A DNA stretch of 64,000 nucleotides from Eledone cirrhosa (lineage: Eukaryota): assembly GCA_964016885.1 (NCBI GenBank), contig OZ024741.1, positions 216,318,001 through 216,382,000 of the forward strand, in the 5' to 3' direction. How positions within the stretch are numbered: the first letter of the stretch is position 1; each line of letters starts with the position of its first letter. A program made the translations under genes and the position numbers. The notes beneath the pieces were generated by a model that did no database searches, was not told the DNA's origin, and saw nothing but the letters and a program-made list of their open reading frames with translations. Of this stretch, positions 1-14,140 are shown piece by piece.

Positions 1-1755
1 TGTTTTTCTGGGGGTGGGGTGTGGTTCTGCTATTTTCTTGTCGTTGTTGCTGGGTGTGTGTGTTTTGTTGTTGTGTTTGCGATATTGGTGCTTGTGGTGG
101 TGGTGTTGAAGGTGTTGTTGGCGGTGGGGTTGTCGCCGGTGGTGATGGTGGTGCTAGTGTGGGTGGTGATGGTGTTGGTGGTGTTGCTGCTGTGGGTCTC
201 TTTGCAGTAGACTTTACCCTTTTCTCATTTCTTTCCTCCCTTTTCAAAGGCGACGATGCGCTGCTTCTGCGTTTGTGCCTTCTTACGACCTTTTGCCATC
301 CCTCTCCCACCTCACACTCCATGTCTGATTCTGTGAGGTCGGGGAGGGGTACCAGATCCACTCTTTCACTTGTTGTTGTTGGTGATGTTTGCACTGGAGT
401 CTCTGTTGCAGCTGCATTTGGTATTGCTGTTGTTGTTGTTAATATTTCCACTGCTGCTGCTGTTTTTGATTTCCGTGGAGTGGGTATGGGTGCCACGGAC
501 CTATCGTTCCTGGTTGCCGCTTGTCCTGTTGCTGGTAGCCGTGGAGCCGGATTCGGAAGGAGGGGGTTTTCTCCTTTCTCAGGGTCTTCTCGTTGCAGAA
601 GGCCCTGAGGTGAGTCTTCGATCCACAGCGAAAGCATTTCGGGCGTTTGCCCTCAACACTTATGGGCAGTTGAGTGCCGTTATCGAAGTCTATCACATCC
701 GGGATAGCTTCGATGCACTCCTGGTTGGTTTGGATTAGCATCTCAATGGAGGTGCCTACCCAATCTTTTCTTACTTTTTTCTGTACTTGCAGTACAGTTG
801 TTTTGTCCTCGATTCCGACGAGGACAGACGCGGCCAGCCAAGAAGGGGCCATTCCGGGGGGGGGGGCGTGGGTCAGTTTGACCCTCACAATTTTTTGCCC
901 GCAGTAGGAGGGCACCAACACCATTTCCTCGCTCCTTAGGGTCACTACTGATTGGGCCTTTGCCTCCTGGGGTGTGGCAAAAAGTACGTCTACGGTGGCA
1001 TATTTTTTGCCTCGGGTGATGTGCGTTTTCCGCTGCCACACAGACCCCAAGGCTTTTTGTATTTGGGCCTCTGTGGCTCTTTCCACCCTACGGGATTTTG
1101 TACTTACTGTACGGTACGTGACCGTACAGTGCTCTTGGGTTTCGAAAAATTTTTCCGCTGCCTTGCAGATTGCTCGGTGTCCATTCTTTGTCACCATCTT
1201 CTTCGCTTCCTCTAATTCCTCATTTGTTATGAGGATTGTTTCCAAGTTTTTCGCAATACCTGCAAATGAGATTGGTTTTTCTCTGCTGCTGCTGTTGTTG
1301 TTGTCGTCAGAGCTGCTGGTACTTTTGTTGTTGCTGCAGGTACTACGACTCCTGCCTCCGCCGCTGTTGCTGTGGTTGTTGTTGGTGTTGCTGCTGCTAA
1401 TGCTGTTGTTGTTTATGCTGCTGGTGATGCTGTTGCGGCTGCTACTGTTGTTTTCATTGTCACTGTTGCTGTTGTTATTACGGCTGCTACTGCTATTATT
1501 CCTGACGTCAGACGAATGAACTGGGTTTTCGTATTTCCCGCACACCTGTTTCGTCGCTGTCGTCGTGGAGAAACCTTGCACGCTTTGCACGAGACTTTTC
1601 TTTTCTTTCGTCACTTGCGAAAGAAAAGGGAGGGAGAGAGACACATTTAAAGAAGGGAGGGAGAGAGACAATCTTCTCTCTGCTGTAGTGATGATTGAGG
1701 AAGAAGAAGACGGAATGAGTGGGAGTGACGTATGAAATTTCTTTTTCGTAGCCAT
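1..1755 (-). pseudogene. ORF1 (gag-like nucleic-acid-binding protein) of copy A, frameshifted just after the CCHC knuckle (~590)
   Basis: ORF 439..1755 with N/S-rich N-terminus and CFRCGSKTHLRAFC; T/P-rich linker continues in another frame to position 1. Confidence 0.8.
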
Positions 1756-1969
1756 GTTGTTTTTTGTTTAAAATGAATATTGGGTACAAAACCCCAATAA
1801 CTGGTTATTTAACCCCGAAGGGCCAAATAACGGACAGAAAGACCCCTCTCACGAGGAGGAGGGTGTCTTTATCAACAATTTGGTTCAAGTTTTAAACAAT
1901 TTACAATTGTTTTAACGGTTAAAAATTACTATACCTTACAGAGCCGAGCCTCCGTCAACCATAGCATTC
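1..1969 (-). mobile_element. Tx1-clade LINE copy A, 5' part (5' UTR + ORF1), runs off the window start
   Basis: ORF1 homologous to the other copies (KPISFA motif, YxGxK core, EGKRPxC-x2-C-x4-H-x4-C knuckle); 5' end abuts (AAT)n at 1970-1987. Confidence 0.85.
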
Positions 1970-1987
1970 AATAATAATAATAATAAT
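1970..1987. repeat. (AAT)n spacer between A 5' end and B 3' end
   Basis: aataataataataataat directly between the two elements. Confidence 0.95.
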
Positions 1988-2265
1988 GATTTCATTTATT
2001 GGCCACAAGGGCCGACATATAGGGTGCAATACAAAAGACTGGGACAGTGGGGTTTTACAGAAAAATCGAGTAAACAATATGAATAACAATAACAAAGTAA
2101 CAATAACAAAGTAACAATAAAGTAACAAGAAAATTACAAGAAAAAATTCCCCAAAAGGGGGGATGACCATCCAGGGTTCGCTCAGGTACCCCACCAGTCC
2201 TGAACGACACGACGATTCGAGAGAACCCTGGAAGGGCACCCCCTCTCCTCTTCAAATTTACCTAC

Positions 2266-5200
2266 CTACAGCCGCATGACCAGAGTAGGCCCACTCACAC
2301 GGGCCATTCTCGCCACATTCATCCACCTTTCAGCAAATGTATTGGGGGGCAGCACTTCTCTCTCCACCCTCACCTTCCTTTCCAAGTGAAACTTGAAAAA
2401 GTTGATGAGGGATTGGCCGAAGAGAAAAGTGTCTGGCTTCAGTCCTTTCAACCTCGTCCACCATACAACCTCTTTCGCTACTGCCACCAGACAGAGGAAA
2501 ATTGCCTGCCCTTCCTGGCCAAAAGAAGGCGGCGGGTCGATCTTCACTATGGACGCGGCCGATAGCCGGATCCGTTCTACACGCGACAACAGCTGTTCAA
2601 CATAACTCCACAAGTCAGTAATGCACGGACACTGGACGAGTGCGTGCAGAACGGTTTCGTCGCTCTGCGTGCATCTCGGGCAGGTCCGTCTGACAGCACT
2701 TCCGTGCCTGTAGAGTTTATCTCGAACCGGCAGTGCCCCCCCCCCCCCGGTAGCACTGCCAAGCGAGGGATTTTTGGAAATTATCCATCGTCCCCGGCTC
2801 GAAAGTCCTCCGGTACAGACTGGTTAGTTCGACTTCGTTGACTCCCAGAGTCTCTCCGAGTGCGTCGTTGCACTTGCCCACCACTAATCCTCTATAGAAC
2901 TCGAGAGTGGAAGTTCCACTGACCGCATTGCCCGCCTGGTAGAGGGCAGTGAGTGCCTGGCAACATTCCAGATGCCAGTCACCCAGTCTCGGTCTCTTCT
3001 TGACCCAGGACTGCAACTCAGTCAAAGAAACGAGCTGCGGAAAGGCCCGTCTGACAAACAGCGACCACACCTGTTCACCGTTTAGGCAGAATATCTGGAG
3101 ATGCTGCAGCCTCAGCGCGTGCCTGCGCATCATTAGCCACGGCATGCCCAGCCCTCCACGTAGAGGGTGCTGGCAGCAGATGGAACGCCTCACCAGCGGA
3201 ACCTGACCCCTCCACAAGAATTTGAAGAGGAGCCGCTCCAAGATGGCGAGGCGCGAACGGGGGCAAGGGACGACAGTCAGACGGTAGTAGATGACGGACG
3301 CGATGTACGCGTTCGCCACCTCCGCCCGACCTTTCAGTGATAGCTTCATCCCAGCCCATTTCTGGGTGAGACTGACTACCCTGCCCGTCACCTCGTCCCA
3401 ATTCTTATCCACCTGGAGGTCTGGCCCGAACCAAACCCCTAGAAACTTTACCGGTCCGTCCGTCCAGCGCCTAACGACGCTGTTGGACGGCATGGACTTG
3501 CCTCTCCAGGTGCCGAGTTGCAAGCCTACTGACTTTTCCGGGTTAAGTTTTGCTCCCGTCAACCTTTCATATTCCTCCAATAAGTTGCCGACCACCTCGA
3601 TTTCTGAGGTGTCCGACACCATCACGGTGATGTCGTCCGCATAAGCCGACACAGCCTTTCCGCGTCCCGGTTCGAGGGGGCTGCCCTGCAACAGCTCCAG
3701 CTTCCGCAGTAAAGGCTCGAGAGTCAATACGTACAGAAAGGGGGAGAGAGGGCACCCTTGACGGACCGATCGGGAGACCTGAAACGGTTCCGAGAGGTGG
3801 CCATTAATTTTGACCATCGAGCAGGTGCCGCTGTGCATTGCAGCGATCCAGCTTCTGAAGACGGGGCCGAAGCCAGCCGCCTTGAGGACAGCCTCCAGGT
3901 ACCGATGGTCGACCCTATCGAATGCTTTCGATTGATCTAAATTGATCAGAGCCCCACCGAAGCCAGGTTTACACCCTACCCTCTCTATGATGTATCGCAT
4001 TAGGTGGAGGTTGTCGTGTATGGACCTGGTTGGGATTTCGCAAGTTTGCGCCTCCCCAACCAATTCCCCGACGACAAGCGCCAACCTCTTCGCTAACACC
4101 CTGGCCAAAATCTGAAACTCTGTGTTGAGCAGAGTTATGGGCCTGAAATTGTCTAATGTGTCCCTCTTGTTCTCGTCTTTCCTTATCAGCGTCACTACGC
4201 CCCGGCTCACAGAATTGGGAATACTCCCGTTTTGCTGCCAGTTGCAGTAGAGGGCTTCGAGGAGATTGGAGAACAAGTCTGGCATATTTACGTAAAGCTC
4301 GTAGGGCAGACCATCCAAACCGGGTGACTTGCGCCTCATGCAGCCTACAAGGGAATCCTGAATCTCGGCTGAAGTAATTGGCCTTTCGCAGCGCCCAGCG
4401 TCAGCCGTCAAGAGTTGCGGCAAGCCATCGAGGTATGGACTGAAGTCCGCCACCATCTCCGACCCGCCACTTCCCCCGAACAACCGAACAAAATGTTGGC
4501 GAAAGGCCTCACACATCCTCTTGGAATCGTTCATCTCGAGCCCCTCTCGGTCCGTCAAAGACCGAATCGTGGTTTTATTACCACGCTGCGCCTCTGCCAC
4601 GCGGGCCCATCGAACAGCTTTGGTTCCCTCGTTTCTCAGAGCACGCGCCTTAGCTCTGACAATGCAACCTTCGTGTTTCGCATTGAAGAAATGGTCTAAT
4701 GCCATTCTCGCCGCTAGCACATCAGTTGCAATGCCACTACCAATAGCCTCGTCTAACTTATCTACAACTCTCCCTCCTTTCTATTTTTCTCTAATGCTAC
4801 TTCTTTGCTAAACTCTATCGACATTACTCTAATCTCTCATTTGAGAGCCCCCCACCATCTATTGTTGACGACTCCCCCTGTCAACTTTTTCTTAACTAAA
4901 TTGTTGACCTGGTCCCTCTAAGCTTTACGTGCCGGAAATGACATGTTTAGCTTCCAGTAACCAGGTCCTAACCTACGCGTCTTATCTAGGTCGACCATAC
5001 AGATCACAAACTTGTGATCTGAATAGGCGACCGTTTCAAAACGTGGACAGCTTACACTATTTCTGTCTATTTTCATAATGAATATCCTGTCTATATACGA
5101 TCTAGATGACCCTATGCGGTTAGCCCAGGTCCACACTGGCGCATTAGGGAAATCTAGTCGGTACCTGTGTGAGAGTTGGAACTGGCTGATCAGGTTCTTG

Positions 5201-5694
5201 AGGCTTTTTCACCCCCCGCTCCTATCGGATACTCCCACACAGTCCCAGCGTGCGTCTAAGATGCCGTTCCAGTCCTCCGCTAACAGTAAAGGGCGAGACG
5301 TACCCAGAAAGGCTTCCAGGCGTCTAAAGAAGTCCGGCCGTTCTTCCACAGTAGGAGCATAGACGGCCATCAGTCTAAAGGCACCACCTTCATTATTGTT
5401 CACATCCAGGACCACCAACTTCCCGTCCGGGTCCCGGAAGATCGACCTTACCTCGAGATCTAGGCCTTTCCTAAACAGCACTGCCACCCCGCCTCCCATT
5501 CCCGGCTGGCTAACAGATGCAAAGATCTAATAGTCGTCGAAAATTGGGGCTAGTGCGCGCGTGTCGGAAATCCTGGTCTCGCTGGCTGCAATTACATCCA
5601 TTTCTATAGACCTGAGGTCGTTGAGCAGGTGACCCTGCTTCCAGGACGATCCCAGGCCTCGAACATTTAAACATCCTACTCTTAATACGGCCAT
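2266..5694 (-). pseudogene. ORF2 (APE endonuclease-reverse transcriptase) of copy B, several frameshifts/stops
   Basis: ORF pieces 5209..5499 (VYAP, DWN), 4918..5136 (SYID, SDHK, WKLN), 2717..4720 (KSPGLDG, FRPITLLN, DQSKAFDRV, RQGCPLSP, YADD), 2266..2613; ATG at 5694. Confidence 0.92.
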
Positions 5695-5725
5695 GTTGGC
5701 AGGTTAAACAGAGAGAGAGGAAGGT

Positions 5726-7687
5726 TTACTTACCTTCCGGGCTCTTGTGAAGGTCGGGTTGTTCGACCTCCATAGTTAGTGGGGTTTCTTTTGGGAACCC
5801 CTTTAAAAGTCTTGAAGTGGGTTTTACGTTCGGGGTTCCCACGTCCCGAGGAAAGCTGTCTCGTATTTCTTTGAATATGTCGAGCGACATTCGCACCAGA
5901 ACCAAATCTTCCGGCACGCGAAATGTGCTCGATTTAAAAATTTCCCCCTCTTTTTGTATATTTTCACTTCGTGCTACGAGAACCATCAGTTCCTTGTTGG
6001 CATTCCTGACGATCACGAAGTTTTGTATGTTTTGTTGGTGTGATTTTATTTGTTTGCGTAGCTGTGGTGGTGATGGTTTTGGTGGTGTTGTTTCGGTTGT
6101 ATCTGTGTTTGTTGTGAGTGCGATGTCTGTGGTTTCAGATGTTTGTGTGTATATTTGTTCTTGCGTCTGTTTCGGTTGTTTGCGTTTGGGGGATTCTGGT
6201 GATGGTGATGTTGATGTTGGTGTTATTGGAGAGATGTTTGCGTGGGTGGTGTCTGCGTTTTTTATTGTGGGTGCTTTTGTGCTTTGTTGAGTTTTTCTTT
6301 TCTTTTTGTGTTTCCTTTTTTGTATTTTGGGATTTCCCTCATTTTCACTACTGGTAGATGAGCGGTCTGTTTCTGTAAGTGTGTCTGTATGTATGTTTAA
6401 GGTTTTATTGGTGTGTGTATTTTGGGGGGGAGGGGTAATTTGACAGCTTTCCTCGTTTCCCCCCTGGGTGGTCAATGTTGGTGGTGGTATTTCTATTGGT
6501 ATTGTTGTTGGTGGTTTTGCCGGTGCAGGTGTTGGTTGTGGTCCTCACCCCGGCGTCGGCAGCAGTGGAGCCTTTCGACCCCTTGCCTCTTTCAGCAGTT
6601 GAGGGCAGAAAGCTCGCAAATGGGTTTTTTCCCCCACAAACAAAACACTGCGGCCTTTTGCCTTCGGTCATAATGTGAATGACAGTCACATTCTGAAGGC
6701 GGATGTGGTCTGGGATTGTCTTCACATTCTCGGGTCTGATCTGGAGAAGGATCTCTAGGTCAACCCCGGCCCAGTCCTCTCTGGCCGTTCTGGTCACGTC
6801 TATGAGGACTGTATCCGTCCCCTCCACAATCATACATCGCACAAGCCACCACATGTCAAGTCCTGGTTGGATTCTGGGAATGCTGAGACGGGCCGTTCTT
6901 TTTCCCATGTGGAAGGGGTACATTATGATCTTGCTGGTTTTGCAAGGAGTCATGGCGTGTTTCATCGCGAGGGCTTCTGACTTGAACAACGCCGAAATGG
7001 TGCCGTACTGTCTGCCCCTCTCTATGTACTGGGTGTCTTCTCTGATGCACCTCAGCGCGACTTCGATATCTTCTTGTGGGATTAACGCTGCCCTTTTGGT
7101 TTGTGCTGAGCTGCATCTATAATGCACCGTTTTGCGCTCCACTGCCTCAATAGCTTCTACCGGGACAGTTAAGTTGGCCCAAGTTTGCTCTTGCTTGATG
7201 AGCTTCCATGCCTGGGCCAACTTTTCATCTTTGTTTGAGAGGTCCATGTTGAAGCATGGCCTCCTTTTTGCTGCTGCCACAGCGAAAGTGGTATTGTTTT
7301 CGTTGGGGGTGTTGTTGACGTTGTTCTTGTTGGTGTTGTTGTTAGCACTGTCGCTGTTATCATTGTTGTCTTTGCTGCCACCGTTGTTCTCAGTGCAGTT
7401 GGTATTGTTGTTGTTGGTGTTGTCGCTATTTGTTTTCATGTTAGTGGTGTTGATATTGTTGTTGTATTTCTTTTTTTTTTTTTTGTTATCTGTATGTTCG
7501 TTGTCGCTGTTACTGTCATTTTTTTTCAAATTAGAGTTCTTATTGGTATCATTGGTGTCTTTGTTTACCTTGTTTGTGGTGGTGTTTCTATTATCAATGT
7601 GTGTTAATTTCGCTGTAGCGCTCCTCTCAACTTCTACGTCGTTGTCGCACGACAGCTGACATACCGCGGGGGGCGTGGCTCAGCCAT
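5726..7687 (-). pseudogene. ORF1 of copy B, frameshifted
   Basis: ORF pieces 6405..7529 (Asn-rich, HMGKRT, EGKRPQCFVC) and 5726..6475 (T/P linker + conserved C-terminal domain). Confidence 0.85.
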
Positions 7688-8337
7688 GTTTTTTTTCTTC
7701 GTAAATTTTTTAACATGTAAAAAAAAGTTCAAATATTTGGGCCAAAAGGCCCAAATATTATACTTTCCTCTTCACGGGGCAAAGTCTAAGGGCTTATATC
7801 CCTTACACAACAAGAAATATTTAACAACAAATAATTTAAACAGGCAAATAAAGCGACTTACTGTGAGCGAGCAAAATACGTCCGCTTAGACCAATAATAA
7901 TAATAATAATAATAATAGTGATAATATGCTATACAAGTTCCTTCTTGTTTTTACTGATGTTTCCTTTTCTCATACTATACAATGATGTATCCATCCTATC
8001 CTTAATTCCAGTGTGAAACGGAGAAAGGTTTTTAGTTTTAGCTAGCTAGCCGCCATTTCTGTTAGATAATACTACACCCTCAACATTTACACGATAATAA
8101 CAGACTACACAAGTTCCTTTTTAACCGTAGAAATTTATAGAGTTTAAAGGCAAACAAGTTGTAAACGTGTGCTATAATAACTACACATTACGTTTGAATT
8201 AGTATTATCAAACAGGAATATCAATTGAGTCTTTACTGTTTATCAAAGGAACACGACTCGCCTGATGTGTAAAGCAAGCTCTGATACTTCTCTATAATGC
8301 TTTCAATTACACAGATATTGGATAGCCTATAAACCTT

Positions 8338-8660
8338 ACTGTATGTATGTATGTAAGACTGTGTATGCTTGTATGTATGTATGTAAGACTGTGTATATAT
8401 GTATGTTTGTATGTATGTATGTATGTGTGTGTATGCGATTGTGTGTATATATGTATATACGCATGTGTGTATGTATCTATGTATATATGTACGAATATGT
8501 ATACGCATGTATCTATGTATGTATGTATGCATGCATGTATGTGTGTATTTATGTACAAATGTGTGTACTTATGTACGTATGTACGTACGTATGTATGTAT
8601 GTGTGTATGTACGTGTGTGTGTATGAATGTATCTATAAATGTGTGTGTGTGACACACATA
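8338..8660. repeat. Degenerate (GTAT)n/(GT)n microsatellite
   Basis: direct inspection. Confidence 0.9.
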
Positions 8661-9045
8661 TATTTGTAAATCGTGTAACATGTACATAATTTAACCCTCT
8701 CCTGTCCACCGAATTTCCTAGTTCTCGTATGATGTCAAGTTAATTATATCTAATCTAATTATATAACCCGTGACAGTGTGAGCCTTTCAAGTTTATAGCT
8801 GCTAATAGAATATGTACCGACTATAGCCTGTAGCAACTGCAACAGTAAATCACGTTAACAGATGTAAATTGGAGCGTGGCGCACGCATAAAGCACAGTTA
8901 AAAATATTTATACATGGGCCCGCTACTATTCATTGATAAAGGATGGTTGCTTCTGACTGTTCAAGGCTTGAGTAGCCAAGTAATGTAGAAATGTAAAAAT
9001 AATGTATAGATTTTCTTAGCCTAGAGGGGTCGGTATTTATAATTA

Positions 9046-9229
9046 TTTCTACTTTAGGCACAAGGCCAGCAATTATCTCAGAGTATTACTGGTACTTTAT
9101 TTTATCGACCCCGTGAGGATGAAAGGAAAAGTTAACCTCGGTGGAATTTGAACTCAGATCATAAAGGGACGTAAATCTATGCTACAAAGCCTGGCGTCCG
9201 ACCCTCTACCAATACTGCCAATCCACCGG
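9046..9229 (-). mobile_element. tRNA-derived SINE family 1 (central domain resembles Meta/Sauria-type)
   Basis: Sense strand has A-box TGGCAGTATTGG, B-box GAGTTCAAATTCC, then CCTTTCATCC..GGGGTCGATAAAATAAAGTACCAG; many copies in the window. Confidence 0.8.
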
Positions 9230-9239
9230 CATTTATAAT

Positions 9240-9566
9240 GGTTAGTGCTTAGAGCATCGGATTTACAATTGTGAGGTTGCGAGTTCGAATCCCGGACCGG
9301 GTGATGCGTTGTGTTCTGAATCAAGACACTTTATTTCACGTTGATCCAGTTCACTCAGGTGTAGAAATAAATTGCGACGTCACTGGTGTCAAGCTCTATC
9401 GACATTAACCTTTCCCTCGGACAACAACGTTGGTGTGGAGAGGAGCGACTGGTATGCATGGGTGACTGCTGGTCTGCCACCAAAACGCTTTGCCCAGATT
9501 TGTGTCTCTGGGGGGAATTTTCTATGTGCAAATCCCATGGTCATTCGTGACCGAATGCGGTCTTTT
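9240..9566 (+). mobile_element. tRNA-derived SINE family 2 (octopus-like, CORE-type)
   Basis: B-box GAGTTCGAATCCC; body matches 13580-14020 (-) and 48236-48457 (+). Confidence 0.75.
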
Positions 9567-10159
9567 TACTTTATTTAGCACCGATTATGTGGTCTTAAAT
9601 AGAAGAGAACTACGCATTCCAAGAACAGGATTCAAATATTTTCTCCATATATCATGAAATGAAATAACATCCAGGGACCTATTCTCTAAAACAACCTATA
9701 CAATTAAAAAGCCGATCGTAGATCGGATCAAGGAAACTGTTTCCATTGCTGATACTATCTGTCGTTCACAATTTCTAGATTTGAATTCAAAATGTTCAGA
9801 GCCGGGAACAAAAAAACATAAGACTTCTCATCTGGGGATTCTCTCGACATGTATATTTATCTTTATCGAACCTGAAAATAGTACAGAATGAGTACTAGAC
9901 TTTAACCCTGCCCAGGGGATGGGGAGTCTTCTTGAAGTTGCTTAACGTAGATGAAACCGGAATAAGCACCGGTCTGATGCACCTTCAGACCTGAGACAGA
10001 TTTAGAGAGAAAAGATGAAAGGCAAAATTGGCATCAGTGGGATTTGAACACAGGCGCAGAAAACGTGGACAAAGGCTGCAGAAAATGTTGTCCGACGCTC
10101 TAACGATTCTGCCAATTTGCCATCATTTACAATTAAATGCCGTTCTCCAAAGACATTAA

Positions 10160-10370
10160 AACGTGGATATATGGTTAGTTCTCATGAACGAGTATTAGGA
10201 ATGAACCACTGCACATATTTTACAGGCAAAGCCGACCGTCAGGGTAGCAAGGTGTAAATCACGAACAAGATGGTTGAATAACATCTTTGACCTTGGCTGG
10301 TTTCGCTTGGGATCCAGCGGGATCATTTGGAAGGAGAGTCTGAAGACTCTTCTCCGACGATCCTACCAGG
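10160..10370 (+). mobile_element. RTE-clade LINE 3' fragment
   Basis: similar by eye to the reverse complement of 15340-15530 (cacgaacaagatggttgaataa...cttggctggtttcgcttggga). Confidence 0.5.
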
Positions 10371-10379
10371 AATAATAAT

Positions 10380-10552
10380 GGTTTCTTACACAGGCACAAG
10401 GCCAGCAATTTGGGGGAGGTGAAAGTCGATTAAATCGACCCCAGTGCGTGACTGGTACTTTATTTTATCGACCCCGTAAGGATGAAAGGCAAAGTTAACC
10501 TCGTTGGGATTTGAACTCAGAGCGTAAAGGACCGTAACTCCATGCCAATCCA
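10380..10552 (-). mobile_element. SINE family 1 copy
   Basis: aggcacaaggccagcaatt...ggtactttattttatcgaccccgtaaggatgaaaggcaaagttaacc...ttgaactcag. Confidence 0.8.
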
Positions 10553-11219
10553 CCCCCCACCCCCCTCACCCCGCCCGCGGAAAAATAATAAGAAGAAGAA
10601 TATTTCGTCCATTAAACTATGCATAGCCCTGAGGTGATACGAACTAGCGACTTGTCTGCTACGATTCCCAGATTTTGAAATACGAAAACAATGCCGAATA
10701 TTTCACCTCATATAATATGAATGGTCCTGACATGATACGAACTAACAATACTCACTGTCTGATATTCTGTCGCTCTCTCAACATAGACACAATTCTCTGC
10801 AAATTTTCATTTTCAAAACTACAAAAATCGTTGCAAAACTCAGCGAACTTAAAGCTTTGTTGTGAGATATCTCTCTCTGTTTCATTGAAGTTTGGGAATA
10901 TTCGGTGATACGTTAGCATTTCTAGATCTTTCATTGTGTACTTAATTCAATTTGACTCGGTGGCAAACTGTGTGATACACAACTGAATCACATGAGACGA
11001 TATTGCGCTTTAACCAAAGAGAAAACTTGTGTTTGATCGGATTATCGCCTGCAATAAGAAGCTGAGAATAAAGATGGATCTTAAAATGCAACTGGAATCA
11101 ACTAAAGAGATGCTTTTACAGTTACACAGTACAGTATTTCAACAAATGCGCTCCTGATGTTAACTACCCGTTTATTTCATATGCAACCATCATGGCATGT
11201 ACCTAAATTGTATATGCTA

Positions 11220-11400
11220 TATAGTTACATACATACATACATTTATACATGCATTCATAGGTATCTACATACATGCATAAATACATATATACATTCATTC
11301 ATAAATGCATACATACAAGGTTACATACATAGATGCTTATATACATTCTCGCATACATACATGCATGTATATGCATACATACAAATACACACACATACAC

Positions 11401-11472
<72 letters not shown>

Positions 11473-11518
11473 TATATAGGGAAGCAAAATTCATTATATA
11501 TGTATACATATACACACA

Positions 11519-11567
<49 letters not shown>

Positions 11568-11670
11568 ATGTAAAAGGTATCGTACATGCATACAAATGTA
11601 CTTATGTATATATACAGATGTATATATACGCGTGTGTGTCTATGTTTGTGTGTATGTACGTAGATATATA
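11220..11670. repeat. Compound (TACA)/(TA)n/(GT)n microsatellite
   Basis: direct inspection. Confidence 0.9.
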
Positions 11671-11839
11671 TTATTGTGTACTTGTAAGCTCCAGCAGCAA
11701 AGTTCCCCTCAGAGCACGTATAGTAAAGGAGAGGCAAGGATTATCACTTAAACTAAGAAGTATTTCTCCTTCTACTAGACTACTGCACTTATGAGATTAC
11801 CTTATGAGACTCTATACTGATTATTTTCTATCCTAAGCT

Positions 11840-12612
<773 letters not shown>

Positions 12613-13093
12613 GTTTACATGGATTTTTAGGCGGCTTTTGTTGAATAAATCCAGAAAAAAACTTCACCAACCGTTTAATATATTTGGGTAACAGGCAACC
12701 TATATTAACTCTAAGTTTACACACACAACACACACTGATAAATCCATTTAAGCATGCTTTAACGGCTCGTGCACGTGCAGTGAATGATTTCGAAGTGATT
12801 AATACGAGTCGATATACATCTTTACACAAACATATACTTATATATATATATGTATATGTGTATATGTGTGTGTGTGTACAAACAAACAAAACAACAGGAT
12901 ACTTCATTCCATCGGTTTGTGAGACATTTTTACACGTATAAATGTATGTATATATGTATGATTGTATGCATTTGTATATACGCACATATTTACATAAGCA
13001 AGCATATATTTCTTTACACTCATATGCACTCCACTCATACACATACAAACGCACACGCACACACACACATACACAAACACACACGCATACACG

Positions 13094-13125
<32 letters not shown>

Positions 13126-13262
13126 AACGAGTATATATACATATATATATATATATATTCCTTACCCCACATTTGTCAACAATGTTTCTCAAGTTAGAAC
13201 CATTCTTTGATAGTGATGCCTCTTAAGAGCAGACCATTATTTGGTTCTACCTTTAAATAACT

Positions 13263-13330
13263 GTTTCTACTTTAGGCACAAGGCCAGCAATTACCCAGTG
13301 CATTATTGGTACTTTATTTTATCGACCCCT
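13263..13330 (-). mobile_element. SINE family 1, 3' fragment
   Basis: tttctactttaggcacaaggccagcaatt...ttttatcgacccc. Confidence 0.7.
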
Positions 13331-13579
13331 TTAAATAACCTTCGCTTCTTATATTCCTCAGGCTAGGAAACAATTCTGTTTGCGGGGCCTGACCGAATCC
13401 CCACGCAGATATGGGTGTAGAACATGTCTCTCCCTCCTTCCCCTTCTCCCTGTCATTGTCTCTTTTTTTATCATCTTTCACTTTGCTTTTTTTGTTTCTT
13501 TTAAATGTTATTATTTTGTCTAACTTTATAATGTTACCTTATGAATGTAAAAATAAGAATGCTTTGGGATTATATGAAA

Positions 13580-14020
13580 TAAAAGACCCTCTCGGTCACG
13601 AATGACCATGGGATTTTCACCTAAAATGTTCCCCACCGAGGCACAAGTCTGGGAATGTTGTGTTTTTGGAAGACTAGCAGTCGCCCATGCATACTTATCT
13701 CTCCTCTTCACACCACCGATGTTCTACAAGGGAAAGGCCATGGCCGATACAGCTTGGCACCAGTGATGTCGAAACTCGTAATATGCCCAATATAAATGCT
13801 ATATACATACGATATACACTACATATGTTGTCCAAGGAAAAAGCAATGGCTGAGATAGCTTGACACCAGTGATGTCACACCTCATTTCTACAGCAGAGTA
13901 AACTGGAGCAAGGTGAAATAACGTGTCCTACTCAGGGACACAACGCATCACCCGGTCTGAGAATCGAACTCACAACCTCCCGATTACACCCCAACGCTCT
14001 AGCCACTAAACTATGCGGCT
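13580..14020 (-). mobile_element. SINE family 2 copy with internal duplication
   Basis: reverse complement of 9240-9566; segment gttNNNcaagg..atggc.gat.cagcttg.caccagtgatgtc occurs twice. Confidence 0.7.
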
Positions 14021-14140
14021 TTTTGTGATTATATAGATTATATAATCTGTATACTGTTTAATTGTATTTCTTTTTGACAGCCATTCTAGTAAATAACGTC
14101 ACATGTTTAAATAGAGAAATATTGATGACACGATAAAATA

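Larger units (their letters stand above)
1988..7892 (-). mobile_element. Full-length Tx1-clade LINE copy B (degenerate)
   Basis: 5' UTR, ORF1, ORF2 (APE endonuclease + RT + C-terminal Zn finger), 3' end GCCCTTGTGGCCAATAAATGAAA; (AAT)n on both sides (1970-1987, 7893-7916). Confidence 0.92.

Noticed and set aside
6620-6640. Programmed frameshift at the ORF1 zinc knuckle (A and B both shift near it)
   Set aside because: D, E and G read through in frame; B's shift lies in homopolymer runs, so decay or sequencing error is more likely
10600-11150. Possible hAT transposase relic or host exon
   Set aside because: Short interrupted frames with no motif I can identify confidently
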